From Phaeosaccion multiseriatum (Eukaryota; Protista; Ochrophyta, other classes): DNA of 64,000 nucleotides. The notes under the pieces were generated by a model. It was given only the letters and a program-made list of their open reading frames with translations, was not told the origin of the DNA and ran no database searches. Location of the stretch: assembly GCA_965112735.1 (NCBI GenBank), contig OZ218958.1, positions 310,001 through 374,000 of the forward strand, read 5' to 3'. This document shows positions 36,923 to 53,046 of this stretch, piece by piece; position 1 is the stretch's first letter; each line of letters starts with the position of its first letter. The translations under genes were made by a program, and so were the position numbers.

Positions 36923-39900
36923 ATGTCTTCGAGATACCGTCCGCACGTCAAGGTTGCCTGCGTGTCGAGCTGGTGAGTGTGCCAACACCCCGTCACCAAA
37001 CATGGGGACCAGTCGGTACTACTGCTGGCATTCCCTCCCGACTTTGTGATCCACTCGCCCCCCCGCCCACCTCTCCGTTTGCCTCCATATCCCACTCCCA
37101 CTTGTCTCTCTGTCCGATGACTACCTACTCCTACTCCCGATGGCAGTGTGCACCCCACCTCTGGAAGCGTCGTGTACGAGTGCCGTGTGGAGCTTGTGGA
37201 CACTCGCCAAGCGTGGGTTACCTTCAAGCGGGCGGCGGACTTCAGAGAGCTGCGGGAGGCTCTCAAGAGAGGCGCCACAGAGCACGCCAGGAGGAGCCGC
37301 CAGCTGCAGCAGCAGGAGCGGGCGGAGCGGAAGCAGCAGGTGTGCAGCAGGGAGGGGGGGGGGGGGGCTGGAAAGTATGATGTCAGTCCACTCGATTCCT
37401 CCCTCCGTCACTCGCTCACTTCCTCACTCACTCACCCACTCCCTCCTTCCCCCCGTCCCTCCCTCCCCCCCGCAGATGCACGAACTGGGCGTAAACGGAG
37501 GCTCTCTCACCACAGAGGCGGCCGAGAGGGTGATGGGAATCGACTTTTTGCTGGAGCAAGTCACCTTCCCCGCCGTGTCCGTGCTGTTGCTCGAGTCGGG
37601 CAAGGACGCCGCCATTCGCAGGAAGAGGGAGACCGCCTTCAACTTCTTCCTAGAGCTGGCGGTATGTATGCATAGGCACCTCGGGAGACGGCGGGAGCAA
37701 GCGACCAAACCCTACCTGTTAACCTGCCTACCTCCTACCGTGTATACTCACGTAACTACCTACCCACCTACCCACCCACCTACACGTACACCTACCTACG
37801 CACCTAGCCTGCTGCTTCCCTCCCGCCCTCCCTCCCTGACTACCTACCTACCTACCTACCCACCTACGTACCTCCCTCCCTCCCTCCCTCCCTCCGTCCC
37901 CAGCTCTTCTTTTTGCATGTCCCTTTGCCTACGCGTCCAACTTAAAGCCGCGCCTCACTCCTGCCACCCCACTCGCCATGCTCTGTGGTCTGTGGTCTTT
38001 TCTCCCCCCCACCACTGCACACCATGATCTGTGCCCTCTTCCCCTCCCTCCGCTCGCAGGTGCAGCTGGATCCGCTCCCCTCGGAGGTGGCATTGTTCTT
38101 GGGGCTGCTGGATGACCAACGGATGTCCATGATGATAGCGAGTGGCACTCGAGAGGCACCGCACCTCCCCACAGCTGAGCCACACCGCGGAGGACGACGA
38201 CGACGAGGAGGAGGAGGAGGAGGAGGAAGAGGAGGAGGGGGAGGGGGAGGATCGGGGGTGATAAGAAGAAGGGGACAGGCCAAGGCCCAAGGGGGCGAGG
38301 TGGAGGGGCAGCCGCAGGATGTGGGATACGTGGCTATGTCCACGGCCAAGGCCGTCACGCCTCTGCCTGTCGCACCCACATACACAGACCCTTCGTGGCT
38401 CAACACGAGCTCGCCCTTCCAGGCAAACCCCTTGGGGTCAGCAAGCTCAGGCTCAGGGGCAGAGGCCAGAGTAGAGGCAGGGGCAGGGGCTGGGACGAGT
38501 GGTGCATACCCTTCGCGAGCAGCAGTTGCGAGGGAGCAGAGGGAGGCAAAGGATGCCGAGCATGTATCAAGTGGTGGTGGTCAGGGCAGTGGCGGGGGCG
38601 CTGCTCCCTCTGACGACGACGATGAGGCTCTCACGGTCATCCTCAGCGAGTGCGGGGACAGCGAGGCCGACGAGAAGCAAGATGGACTAACAGTTGGTGA
38701 TACAGCGGCATTGAACGGCAGCAGCTGTGAAGATGAGGAGGAAAAGGACGTAGGACGACGTCATGATGCAGGCCCTCGTGATACGTCCCTGCGCCTGCTC
38801 ACACCCTCGCCTACTCGGAGGAGCTCCGTGGACCGCAAGCTGTTGGAGTGGGAGTTTCTTCGCTCTTTTCTGCAGGAAGTGGTGTTTGCGGTGGTGCGGC
38901 GGCGGCAGATGGAGGCCGATTTGCCCACCCGGGGGCGCTCTCGTGGGGCACCAGCTGGTGGTACGGCAGCAGCGGCAGCAGCAGCAACAACAACGAGAGG
39001 AGGAGGAGGAGGAGGAGGAGGGTTTCCAGCACCAGTATACTTGCCTGTGAGCGGCGACGAGAAGGACCTGCGCATCAGCGAAGTGCTGAGTTTGAATGTC
39101 AATTTGTCTCCGGAAGAGGTGGTGCAGCTGCTGGCGTTTTGCGACTGGGGCCCCTCTCAGACGGCCTCTCTCTACCAGGACCTCATCTCCGCAGCCAAGG
39201 TGGGTGGAGGCGTATGGAGAAGGCTGGATGGGTGGGTAGGGGTGGGCAGACAGATGCTACAGGGAAAGGGAGGTAGGCAGAGACGGAAAAGAGGGAGGGG
39301 AGAGAAAGACAGAGGGGAGTGAGGGCTACCACCCCGGCACTTGCGCGTCCTGACACTGTCCTGAAGCTTCGATATCGACTCCATTTTTCAAATTCATCAT
39401 TAGGTCACATTGACTGAAAACTGAAAACTGTGTCCTGACACTGTGTCCTGCACTGCGTCCTGACGCTCCACACTGTCTGTCCTCTGGGGCTTCTCAGGGG
39501 GCTCTGGAGCCCTTGGGCGCCAGCGGCGAGGCCTTGCGAGGGGGGGAGAACGGCGGAAACACGTGCTACCTCGACAGCCTGATCTTTGCCATGTTCAGCC
39601 GAGTGGACGCCTTCGACTGGCTACTCGTCAAGCCGCTCCTTGCGTCGGACCCACCCTACGCGCACTTGCTGCAGATGCACCTTCGCTTCTTCGTGTCCCA
39701 GCTCAGGAGGAATCAGGTCAGCAGTGGTTAGCAACGCGTGCCAAGAGTGCCGGAGAGGGAAGAGGGGGGGAGGGGAATGGAGGGAAGTGGAGGGGAGAGG
39801 GGAGGGCGGGAGGTCACGGGTGGGAGGATGATCGAGATGGAGAGGACTACTTGAGTGTGCCTGGATCCTCCCCAGTGTGGGCTTCCCTAAACCGCACCAT

Positions 39901-41908
39901 CCTCTGTCTCTGCCTCATCTGTCTGTCTGTTTCTGTCGATCTGCCTCTCTGCTCCTCTGACGAAAACAATGGACGCAAAAGGTGATTCCGAGGGAACAGG
40001 CGAATCTGCTGCGAGAGGCGCTGATTCAAAGCGGCTGGCAGGGGCGGAGCGGCTCTCAGGAGGACGTTTCCGAGCTGTTCTGCTTCATCATGAACGTCTT
40101 TAGGTGAGGGGTAAGGGGCAGGGGAGTGGAGAGTGGAAGGGTCTTAGTCTGGTCCATCATGCCATGAACTGTGGCTGGGGAGAGTGGAGCAGTGACGTGT
40201 TTGACCAGTCTTTTTTGTGGAGGTAGAATGGGCATGGATGCAATGCAGAGACGCATCAATCGGACACTGCTACTGCCCCTGCTGCAGTGATGGATGGGAG
40301 CCTGAGAAGATGGCAAGATGGCACCTGAAGGCTCGAGAGAAGGACCGTGAAGGCCGGACAGTGCTTGACCACCCTACTGCTCGACGACAGCGCTGATGAA
40401 ACATGACACCGGTCGCTGCCTCGGTCCTTCATCCTTCCTTTCCCCACACATGCTTGCTTCCATATGCCCCCGTCAGGTCTCCCTCCCTGCCGCTGTCCGA
40501 GGAGCTGTTTCACGGAGGCTACAAGGACTCCAACGACTCAAAGCTCACCACAGAGAGGGTGCTGCAGCTTGCCCTGCCCTCCTCAGGTAAGAGGGGGGAG
40601 GGTGCGGGAATAGGGGGGGGGGGGGGGCTTTGCTTGAAGGGAGGGACAGGCAGCGATGCTCTCTTCTCTGTGGAGGGTGGTGGTGGTGGTGGTGGTGGGA
40701 CGGGAGGGACTTAAAGCAAAGGCATGCTCAGGGATTCTCAGGGTTCCCAAGAGGAGAGTGAAGCAGGGGCTTACACTGGGGTATGTGTAGACGAAGGTCC
40801 GACCCACTTCAAGGTCTAAGGGTGCCGCACACGTGTTTGTCTTGTCTTGTGGTCGGCAAATGCATGATGAAATCAACATTTTTGCTATCAGGGAGCGAGG
40901 CCCTGACCCTGGGCCTCCTGCTACGGCAGCACTTCTTCGACAATCAGATACACGATCTCAACAGAAAGGTGTCGGGAGAGAAGGGAGAATTCAAGGTGAG
41001 AGAGAGAGAGAGAGAGAGAGTAGAGGGTGGGCCGAAGGGCGGAAAGGGGGGAGGGGGGAAGGGGCTGTGGGCCAGGCGTGCATCCCTCTCTGCTCTTTGC
41101 TTCGGAGTGCGGGGGTTGGCAGTAGCGCTCTTGCTTGCCCTCGCCACTGACCTTGGCTGAGGCTGACAATGGCTTTTTTGTTGGGTGGCAGGTGGACGCG
41201 TGGAGAATGGTTTCCGTGCTGCCGTTCTACACCACTCAGAGCGAGATCTTGGACCAGGTGGATGCGCACAACGAGAGGCACTTCGACCGCATTATGCTGC
41301 CTATGGTGCTCAAGCGATACTCGCACAGGCAGGCGGGGCAGGCAGACGCAAAGGCAGCAGTGCCACAGGGACAGGCGCAGACACGGGCAGGAGCACATGC
41401 TCAGGCACACTCACAGGGCCACACACAGCAGGGGCGAGGGGGGCGGGGGGCGCGGGGAGGGAGAGGCGATGCTCCGACGGCGTCTGCCAAGGAGAGCGTC
41501 AGCATTCCCTACAAGTGGGTGGCGAGTTGGCAAGAGGGTTGCGGGAGAGGGAGGAAAAGGGTGTAGCGAGGCGTGAGGCATGGGGATGGACCACGCTGCT
41601 GGCGTTCCGCGCGGCCTTCCTCTCGGTGTTGTGTTCTCTCGGTGTGGATGGAGTGGGGGGGCACCTCACTGTTGGTGAACGATGGCAGCACAAGGGATGT
41701 CGGAAGGGAGGGCGCACGCACGTGTGACGTGTGTCTGATGGCATTGCCTGCGCTCATCCCTGGCCAAGCTGACCTTCTCTTGCTCTGCTCGACCTCCACT
41801 CTTGCCCCGTGCCTTGCTCGTCACTGGGGGCTTTGTCCTCACCAGGCTGGACTTTTCCGAGTTCGTGCAGCTGCCTGAAGAGACCCCTTCCACCCCCTCC
41901 ACCACCAC

Positions 41909-41940
<32 letters not shown>

Positions 41941-42707
41941 GCAAGTACCGCTTCATCCTCGTGCTCCGCAGTTGGGTGAGCCATTTGGGGGACGACCTCC
42001 ACTCGGGCCACTATGTGGCACACACTGCAGACCGGAGGCAGCAGCAGCAGCAGCAGCAGCAGGAGGACAAGAAAGAGAAGGATGAGCACGACTTGGTCAA
42101 GAGGCCTCCCCCTAGCAGCGGCCTGGGGGACGACGTGCGATGGCTCGAGTACGATGACCTGTCCCGGATCGGTCCTGGGAAGGGCTTTGTGCGCGTCATT
42201 GACGGAGTGGTGGACATGGCGGAGTTATTCAGTGGAGACCTTGCACACAACAGCTACATGTTGTTTTACGAGGTGAGGCTGGGTGGATTGGTGAGGGGCT
42301 GGGTGGAGCATGGCAAGGCAGTGCAATGGTGGGTGTGTGGACTTTCATCGCTAATAGTATTCAGTAAAGTCAGACAGCAGGGAAATGTAGAGCTTGTATG
42401 ACGTCTGCGCTTGTATGACGTCTGTGTGAGAGGGAGAGAGAGAGCACCAAGGCTCAGCAAATTCCCTCCCCCCCCCTTCCTTCCTCCCACCCTCTTCGCT
42501 GTCGTGCCTCAGCTGATCGACGTGCAAGCCTGCCAAGAGTCAGCCCCCCTGGACCTGGACGGGCTGGCGGAGGTGCTGGGCGTCCACGGGGCGGAGGAGA
42601 TGGCTCGGCAGGATAGGCAGGACAGGCAGGACAGCAGCGACGCGAGGCTGGCGAGGGAGATGCAGCACGAAGAGCACAAGTCGGCGGGGTGGTGGCGGTG
42701 GAAATAG
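36923..42707 (+). CDS. PX-domain + CYLD-like ubiquitin-specific peptidase (C19), 11 exons
   Basis: Exons ~36923-36972, 37147-37339, 37476-37661, 38060-39199, 39498-39715, 39982-40103, 40478-40586, 40891-40995, 41192-41513, 41846-42272, 42513-42707. PX-like VVYECRV..WVTFKRAADFRELREAL..FP..KRETAFNFFL..EVALFL. Cys box NTCYLDSLIFAMF, QEDVSE, His box SHLG...SGHYVA, WLEYDDL. Confidence 0.8.
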
Positions 42708-43049
42708 CGGCAGTGGCAGGACTGCTGCTGGTACATGTATCTGAAGGAGTTGAGGGTCGGAGGGGCGTTGGCCCGCCTCGTGTATTTAGAAGGGTCGCAT
42801 CAGTCTCCTGGTGGGGGGGGGCTCTGAGGGGCCTCTGGGGGGAATCGTGCTGCTGTGCGAGTCGATTTTGGTGTATATGGTAGTGGTAGTGGATTTAAAA
42901 CAGATGTAGATAGGTCTCGGCTTCGCGTGAAAGTCGACCACGAGACACGAAAATCGAGGCGGAAGTCGCCCTCAATACCGTTACACACACCAACCACTCC
43001 GTTTCACCACTTTTTTTGTTGCGAGACACTACGCCTCCTCCCAAGCAAG

Positions 43050-46578
<3,529 letters not shown>

Positions 46579-47082
46579 GTCTGTAGCCAGCGGACGCAAA
46601 CGAGACACGCACGCACCCACAGGGCTTGAAGTTTGGTGGTGCCCGTCCTTGTTGCCTTTGCTCTCTCGGGGCAGCATAACGACAGCAGAGCCGCTTGAGG
46701 CTGAGCAGGAGGGGCGCAGACTGGCTGCTTGGTAGTAGCTGGTCACCGCCTATTGTATTGTAGATATATGTAGTCAGGAAAAAAAAATATACTACCATCG
46801 ACAGACGCGAGGGTCGAATACTCGTTGTCTTGTTGTAAGACGCCTGGTTCGACCCCTGACGTGCTACTACTTTGGTATTGACCTTATCCTCGGCCCCTGA
46901 CGGAAGGAGGCGGTATTACGCAAGGACATTGACGTCCATGGGCAGAGGAAGGAGGACTGGCAGAAAGTTGTTGTGGCGCTGAAGGCCATCAATCTGGTGC
47001 TTGTACTGGATGATGGTGGAGGCCAGGCACACGCGTCCGGACTGGCGTCTTCGCGGTAGCGGCAGGGGCCAAGGAGGGGGAA

Positions 47083-48083
47083 GTGCCGGGAGAGGGCATG
47101 CTGGCCGCTGACCGGGAGGAGCAAGAGAGCCAGGCGTGGCGCCGGCACACGGGGCAGACTGTGCAGGTGCAGCTCGTCGACCCCGAGGGGTTTCCCGGGG
47201 GGGCGGACCTTTCGAGCAATGCCTTGGCAGTCACCCTCGAAGGCTCCGAGGTCCAAGTGTGTATGTGGGGGGGGCAGGCTGTCGAAGGCTTCGATGCTGC
47301 GAAGGTGTGTGACGACCTCAAGCACAAGAAAACGACGTGGCTTTGTGCTGCCCGTCCAACAAAGAGAGAGTGGGAACGGAAGGAGAAGTGTGTGAGTGAC
47401 GGCTGGACGGTGCGGGTCCAACAACGACCTCAGCGGCCAGCGACGGCAATCCCGGAAGGGGACCACGGGGACGTGGCGGCCCGAATCGTGGACAGCGCCA
47501 TCTCTCACAACTCCAACACGGCGGTGGACGGGAAGGCAGAGCAAGTTCAGGCCGTCCTGACGGAGTGTGCAGCAAACGGCACACTGTCCATGCTTGAGAT
47601 TGCTCTGAACGGCGGAGCGTTCCTCCAAGAATTTCTGGGTCTGTCGAAAGAGGCCCAGGGGGGCGACTATGGTGGTGTGTATGTCTGTGCGCTGCACACC
47701 GACAAGATGAAGGCAGGAGCTGTGCAGGATGCGCTTCAAGGGTGGCTGCAGAGGCTCCGTGGCGCCGGACAGCTCATCCCCATGGGGCTGGTCCACAACA
47801 TCGACCTGCTCGATAAGCTCCCGCACGACCGACCTATCGTCGTTGTGTGTGTTGGGGAGGGGAAGGAGAAGGACTTGCGCAAAAGCCGCCTCGAGAAGCA
47901 CATTAGAGGCACGGGAGGAGCGCCTCTCCGCATGGATAGCGGCTCTCGTCCATGCTGGTCTGGCGACCGAGCAGGATGTGAAGAACGCCTTCTATGTGGT
48001 GTACCAGCCGTCCTCGGTCGATGGCCGCCTGATCGGTGAAGCCACCATCTCGGAGATGCTCCACAGCAACATTAACTGCGCAG
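47083..48083 (+). pseudogene. GIY-YIG-like nuclease-domain pseudogene (left arm)
   Basis: GGVYVC...VCVGEG...DLRKSRLEKH...GEATISEML..NIN. Frameshift near 47925; in-frame stops upstream. Confidence 0.55.
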
Positions 48084-49038
48084 GAAATGTTTGCTGTGGA
48101 GCATCTCGGAGATGGTTGCCTCACCCAACAGGCGGTTATGGGTCGAGGACTGTTGGTACACCACATAATAGGCGTCCTTCACATCCTGCTCTGTCGCCAG
48201 ACCAGCAAGGACGAGAAAGGACGAGAGCCGCTATCCATGTGGAGAACAATGGCGCTCCTCCCGTGCCTCTGATGTGCTTGCGGAGGCGGCTTCTGCGCAA
48301 GTCCTCTGCCTTCCCCTCTCCAACATACACAACGATGATAGGTCGGTCGTGCGGGAGCTTATCGAGCAGGTCGATATTGCGGACCAGCCCCATGGGGATG
48401 GGCTCTCCGGCGTCACGGAGCCTCTGGAGCCACCCTTAAAGCGGCCCCCGCACAGTTCCTGCCTTCATCTTCTCGGTGTGCAGTGCACAGACATACACAC
48501 CACCATAGTCGCCCCCCTGGGCCTCTTTCGGCAGACCCCGAAATTTTTCGAGGAACTCTCCGCCGCCCAGAGCACTCTCAAGCATGGGCAGCGTGCCGTT
48601 TGCTGCACACTCCGTCAGGACGGCCTGAACTTGCTCTGCCTTCCCGTCCACCGCCGTGTTGGAGTTGTGAGAGATGGCGCTGTCCACGATTCGGGCCGCC
48701 ACGTCCCCGTGGTCCCCTTCCGGGATTGCTGTCGCTGGCCGCTGAGGTCGTTGTTGGACCCGCACCGTCCAGCCGTCACTCACACACTTCTCCTTCCGTT
48801 CCCACTCTCTCTTTGTTGGACGGGCAGCACAAAGCCACGTCGTTTTCTTGTGCTTGAGGTCGTCACACACCTTCGCAGCATCGAAGCCTTTGACAGCCTG
48901 CCCCCCCCACATACACACTTTGACCTCGGAGCCTTCGAGGGTGACTGCCAAGGCATTGCTTGAAAGGTCCGGGCCCCCGGGAAACCCCTTGGGGTCGACG
49001 AACTGCACATGGACAGTCCGCTCCGCGTGCCGGAGCCA
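47137..49038. repeat. Long spacerless imperfect palindrome (arms ~950 bp) centred on CTGC|GCAG at 48079/48080
   Basis: ORFs 47083-48039(+) and 48436-49158(-) encode near-identical peptides. Complementarity continues to the centre: ccatctcggagatgctccacagcaacatt vs aatgtttgctgtggagcatctcggagatgg. Confidence 0.95.
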
Positions 49039-49125
49039 CTTGAGCGACGTGGGCTTTTCCCGGCGGGGCTGCTGTTGTTGGTGTGGGGAAAAAAAAAAGC
49101 AAGCGGTGGTGAGAATCTGGAAGAC

Positions 49126-49159
<34 letters not shown>

Positions 49160-49166
49160 CACCCAC
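48076..49166 (-). pseudogene. GIY-YIG-like nuclease-domain pseudogene (right arm)
   Basis: GGVYVC...VYVGEG...DLRRSRLRKH. Premature TAA at 48436 (CAA in the left arm) and an indel near 48215. An upstream intron donor (aag|gtgggt) lies at ~49166. Confidence 0.55.
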
Positions 49167-50056
49167 CTTGGTTGAAGAGTCGTCATGTGGTCGGAGAGCA
49201 GCAGCCGCGGCCGTTCCAACAACTGCTGTGGCAGCCGCAGCTGCCGCAAACCCGATGCCATCACCCCCCCCCCACACATCCCTCCTCTCCCTCCCCTCCC
49301 ACGGCCGCAAGCGTGTCCGGCGCTGCGCCATGTTGTTCACGAGAGAGAGAGAGAGAAGGAAGGAATGAGAGAGAGAGACAAAAGGGTGTGACGGTTGGAA
49401 CAACAACCAGTGACTCTGACGGTGGAAAAATAGGGGACAAGTCGCCCATACCGTTGCGCGCCAGCTCGGCCGACCCCCCCTCGAGGCTTCCTGTCGCACC
49501 CCTCTTGAGCCTCATCCCGCTGCTGCTACCGCTGCTGCTCCCACTGCTCCCACTGCTCCCACTGCTCCCGCTGCCGCAGCTCATGCCGCTTTTGAGCCCC
49601 CCCCCGCCGCTCTCGCTGCTGCCCGCCGCGCCCCCCTTGTTGAGCCCCACCCCGCTGCTACTGCCGCTTCTGCCGCCGCTGCTCCCGCTGCTTCCGCTGC
49701 CGTTGGCTATTTCCCTCCCTCCCTTATCTCCCCCCCCCCTTCATCCCGTCCGGGGGAATAATGGCACGCAAAGACGACCTTCCCTCCTATACTGGCCCAG
49801 CTCGTGCCCGCAAGCTCTACAAGGGGTTTAGAGAATACTCCACTGGCTCTGTGCCAATATGTGAAGCCTCCTATTATAATGTAGCGTGCTCAAGGTCCTG
49901 GTTGAAGAGAAAAAGAAAAAAGGTTCTAGAAAAGGGGTCCTGACACCAATACTAGACATCGCCCTCTAAATTGGGGGAAGTATCGATATCGACCTAGACC
50001 CAGACAGCACACTGCCCCCACAAGACTAAGCTTTACGTACAGCATCCCCAATGCCG

Positions 50057-51000
50057 TCAACGCGCAGCTCTCTTGCGTACCTTCTTTGTCGGCGGTCCTG
50101 AGCCTCCAGACAGAAACTCCCGAGCTCGACTGACAAGCTCCTGGCTGGTCTGGGAAGTTCTTAAAAGAAAGGTCTCCAACAGGACAGGCACATCAGCCGC
50201 AAGCGTACGGATGGGCTCCATGCTGTTCTCCTCCGGCTCAAAGCCAACCCACTGAACTTGGACGAGAAAGTCGCCACCCTCACCCTCGACGCGGTCGACA
50301 AGTCTCTCCACAGTCCATAGGGGAGCGGGTATGGATCTGGGCGAGTGCGTCAGTGCTGACACCAACACACGCATCACAATAGTAGCGTAGCCGTGAAGCA
50401 TGAGCAGTGAAGCGCCTCTTCTTGCCAATCAGCTCCTCCACTTCATATACCATGGGGCTCACCTCACAGATCACTCTGTAGGGCCCACTCCACACTCCAC
50501 GCAGCTTGCTATGGGCCAAAACGTTGGCCATATTGACAAAGACACCAGGAACGAAGACGCCAGTGTGACCAAGCTTGCGCGTCAAGTCCGTCTCGAGTCT
50601 CATCGCCAGCAGCAGGCAGTCCATCGGCGCATCGTTGTGGAAGACACGCTTCTTCTCACGCACTGCCTGCAGATGGTCGTAAATGCGCTGATGGACTGCC
50701 TGCTGCTGGCGATGAGACTCCTCTCCAATCGCCTTAAACATACCCTCCGGTAGCTTGCATACACGCATCTTCTTGACAAGATCAGCGTCGTTCACCAAAA
50801 TCACGTCCAGAGGGTGCACAGGCTTGCTGTTCGTGTGCAACTCAATAGGAGAGAGACCGTCGCGTGAAGGGCTCGGAGTAGAATTGTGCGCCGCCTCTAC
50901 CATGTGGAGTCTCAAAGGTGATTGGCATGTTCGAATCCGGATTGCCGCCAGTTGGAGACGTACTATGACGTCATTCATTGCCTTATTTCTGTGGCGCACC
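50057..51000 (-). mobile_element. Degenerate Ty3/Gypsy (chromovirus-type) LTR retrotransposon fragment: integrase end, GPY/F, chromodomain
   Basis: AHNSTPS...GLSPIEL (integrase core end), KLRGVWSGPYRV..VYEV..HASRLRYY (GPY/F), VERLVD..FLVQVQWVGFEPEENSMEP (chromodomain). Frameshifted; no gag or RT seen. Confidence 0.85.
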
Positions 51001-51263
51001 GCCCAGAATCCGGACTCCGCCCTGCAGAGGCCACCAGAATCCGGAATCCGCCCTGCAGAGGCCAAATTTAGAATCTCTGAGGTGCCGACTTCACGGGCGT
51101 GTGAATGTGATGTGGGCCCGCCAAAAAGCCTGGATCACCAACACGGCCACTTGCGGTTTCCCCGCCCGCCCCCCCAAATAACAAAATCGCCCTCCCCCCC
51201 TCCTCCCCCCTCGCCCTTTATCATCTTTGATATGGAGGTATGTCGCCGAGAGAGGGGACTATT

Positions 51264-53046
51264 ATGACACCGCTCCAGCGGCAGCTCCAGCGCCTGCAAT
51301 GGAGGTGGGAAAAGAATCCTGTGAAATGGATTGTGGCAGCTACTGCCGTGCAAGCGCTGCACAGGTAATACGTACGATGGGTGGAAGTTTTGCAGTGCAT
51401 AGAGCCCCGTCTTCTTACGATTGCTCGTTTATTCTCCCCAGGGGCCGCGTGGGCAGGAAGGTGGCCAAGAAGCTGGGCCGCATCCGACAGATGCGACGAA
51501 GGGCAGAGAAGGCAACGCAAGTCGCGGAGGACTTGATCGCCGAAGGAGACTGGGACAAAGCACTCAGCTCCGCCAACACGGTGGGTGGATCGCCTTGCAC
51601 GGAGGCCCCAAGGGACGAAAATGGGGAGTTTGGGGTGTCGGAAACTCCTCAGACAGCGTTTCTTACGGATGCCTTCCTCTGCCTCCTATCCACGGCCGCT
51701 TTCGCCGACAGAATTCGCCCCACTCTTATCTCCGCCTTGCAATTCTTCCTTCGTTCTGAACTCAGGCAATCATGACGTATGACCCCACCTATATCCGTGC
51801 CTTTGGCGTGCGAGCTCGAGTGTATTACGAGCTCGGAAATCTGCCAGCAGTGGTCGAGGATTGCGGGGTGGTGCTAAACCATGAGCCAGAAAATGCCAAG
51901 GTGAGCAAGACATGCGGGACAATGATGCAGTGCTACAATACACAACAAACAACAAGCAGTCTTTGCATCTGGTGAGCGCGAGCAGTGATCGTACCACCCG
52001 GGACACCCAAATTTATGCGCCCAACATACACATCAGGCGCTCTGGCTCCGAGGACGCTCCTGGGCTCAAGCCTGTAACTGGAGAGAGTGCATTGATGACA
52101 TTAGCAGGGCCCTGCGGATACACGCATCAAACCCGGACTACTACCTGGTGCGGGGCAACGCCTTCCTCAAGACCAGAGACTACTCGGGGGCAATCTACGA
52201 CTTTGGAAAGATGCTTGAATTCTCGCCGGAGGAGGCGGCCGAGGACTATGTGCGAAGGGGCCTGGGGTACTGCTGCGTGCAGGTAAGAGAGAAAGGGGGG
52301 ACGGGAGGGGGTAGGGGTATGCCCTACTGCCCTGTTGTTCTCAGCAGGACCAGGTCTTGGCAGATATGAGAAGACTAAGGAACGCTCGAGGGTTTCTGTA
52401 CTTCCTTGTCATGCCCACAAGTTGTTGATCTACGCCGTGAATTCGCCCTCGGCCACCGTCGGCATCATTGCACCTACACCGTCGATCGATCCCGTAGCAT
52501 TCTGACCACAAATGCGTGTCACACACGTCCCATTTAGGACTGGACCTCTGCGATTGCTGACTTCAAGAAGGCCCACGAGTTGGAACCCAAACTTCCCGAG
52601 CCGCTCGTGCTGTGGGGCAGAGTAGAAGCGTGCCAGAGAGACTGGCGAGTGGCCAAGGAGTACTACAAGCAGGTGTGTAGAGGTGGACACATGCACACGC
52701 TAATACGAAGGCGAAAGAGAGCCAGCTCTCTCTCTCTCTCTCTCTCTGAATCAAAAGAGCAAGCAAAGTACGTCGCTCAACCTCAGAGCCCGTCCCTCCT
52801 TCCTTCCTTCCTTCCTTCGTGTCCGTCCACCACCATCCATCATAGGCTCTGAAGCTTGACGACGAATACGTGCCTGCGATCGAGGCCATGCAGGAGGCAA
52901 GCATTCCCCGAGTAGCGCTGCCCATGCTCACTGCCGAGGAATGCGCCCTCCTGGAGGAGTTCGACGGCCGCCACCAGTCTTCCTCACAGAAAGGAGGGCG
53001 TCTTGACAGTGGTCTTGCCGGGGAGGAGGGGAGCGGTCTTATTTAG
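51264..53046 (+). CDS. TPR-repeat protein with IQ-like motif, 6 exons (5' end uncertain)
   Basis: Exons ~51264-51304, 51442-51580, 51766-51900, 52037-52282, 52538-52672, 52846-53046. IQ-like LQRLQWRGRVGRK. TPRs YYLVRGNAFLKTRDYSGAIYDF and YVRRGLGYCCVQDWTSAIADFKKA. Confidence 0.8.

Noticed and set aside
47137-49038. Palindrome as an MDA or library fold-back artefact
   Set aside because: The arms differ by many substitutions and independent indels, whereas an artefact would give identical arms. A mis-join of two loci still needs read-level exclusion.
49938-50020. Complete LTR with PPT and tRNA-Leu PBS
   Set aside because: Only a weak purine tract and ~60 nt before the PBS-like 11-mer; no second LTR or TSD. 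The same core motif recurs elsewhere without retroelement context.
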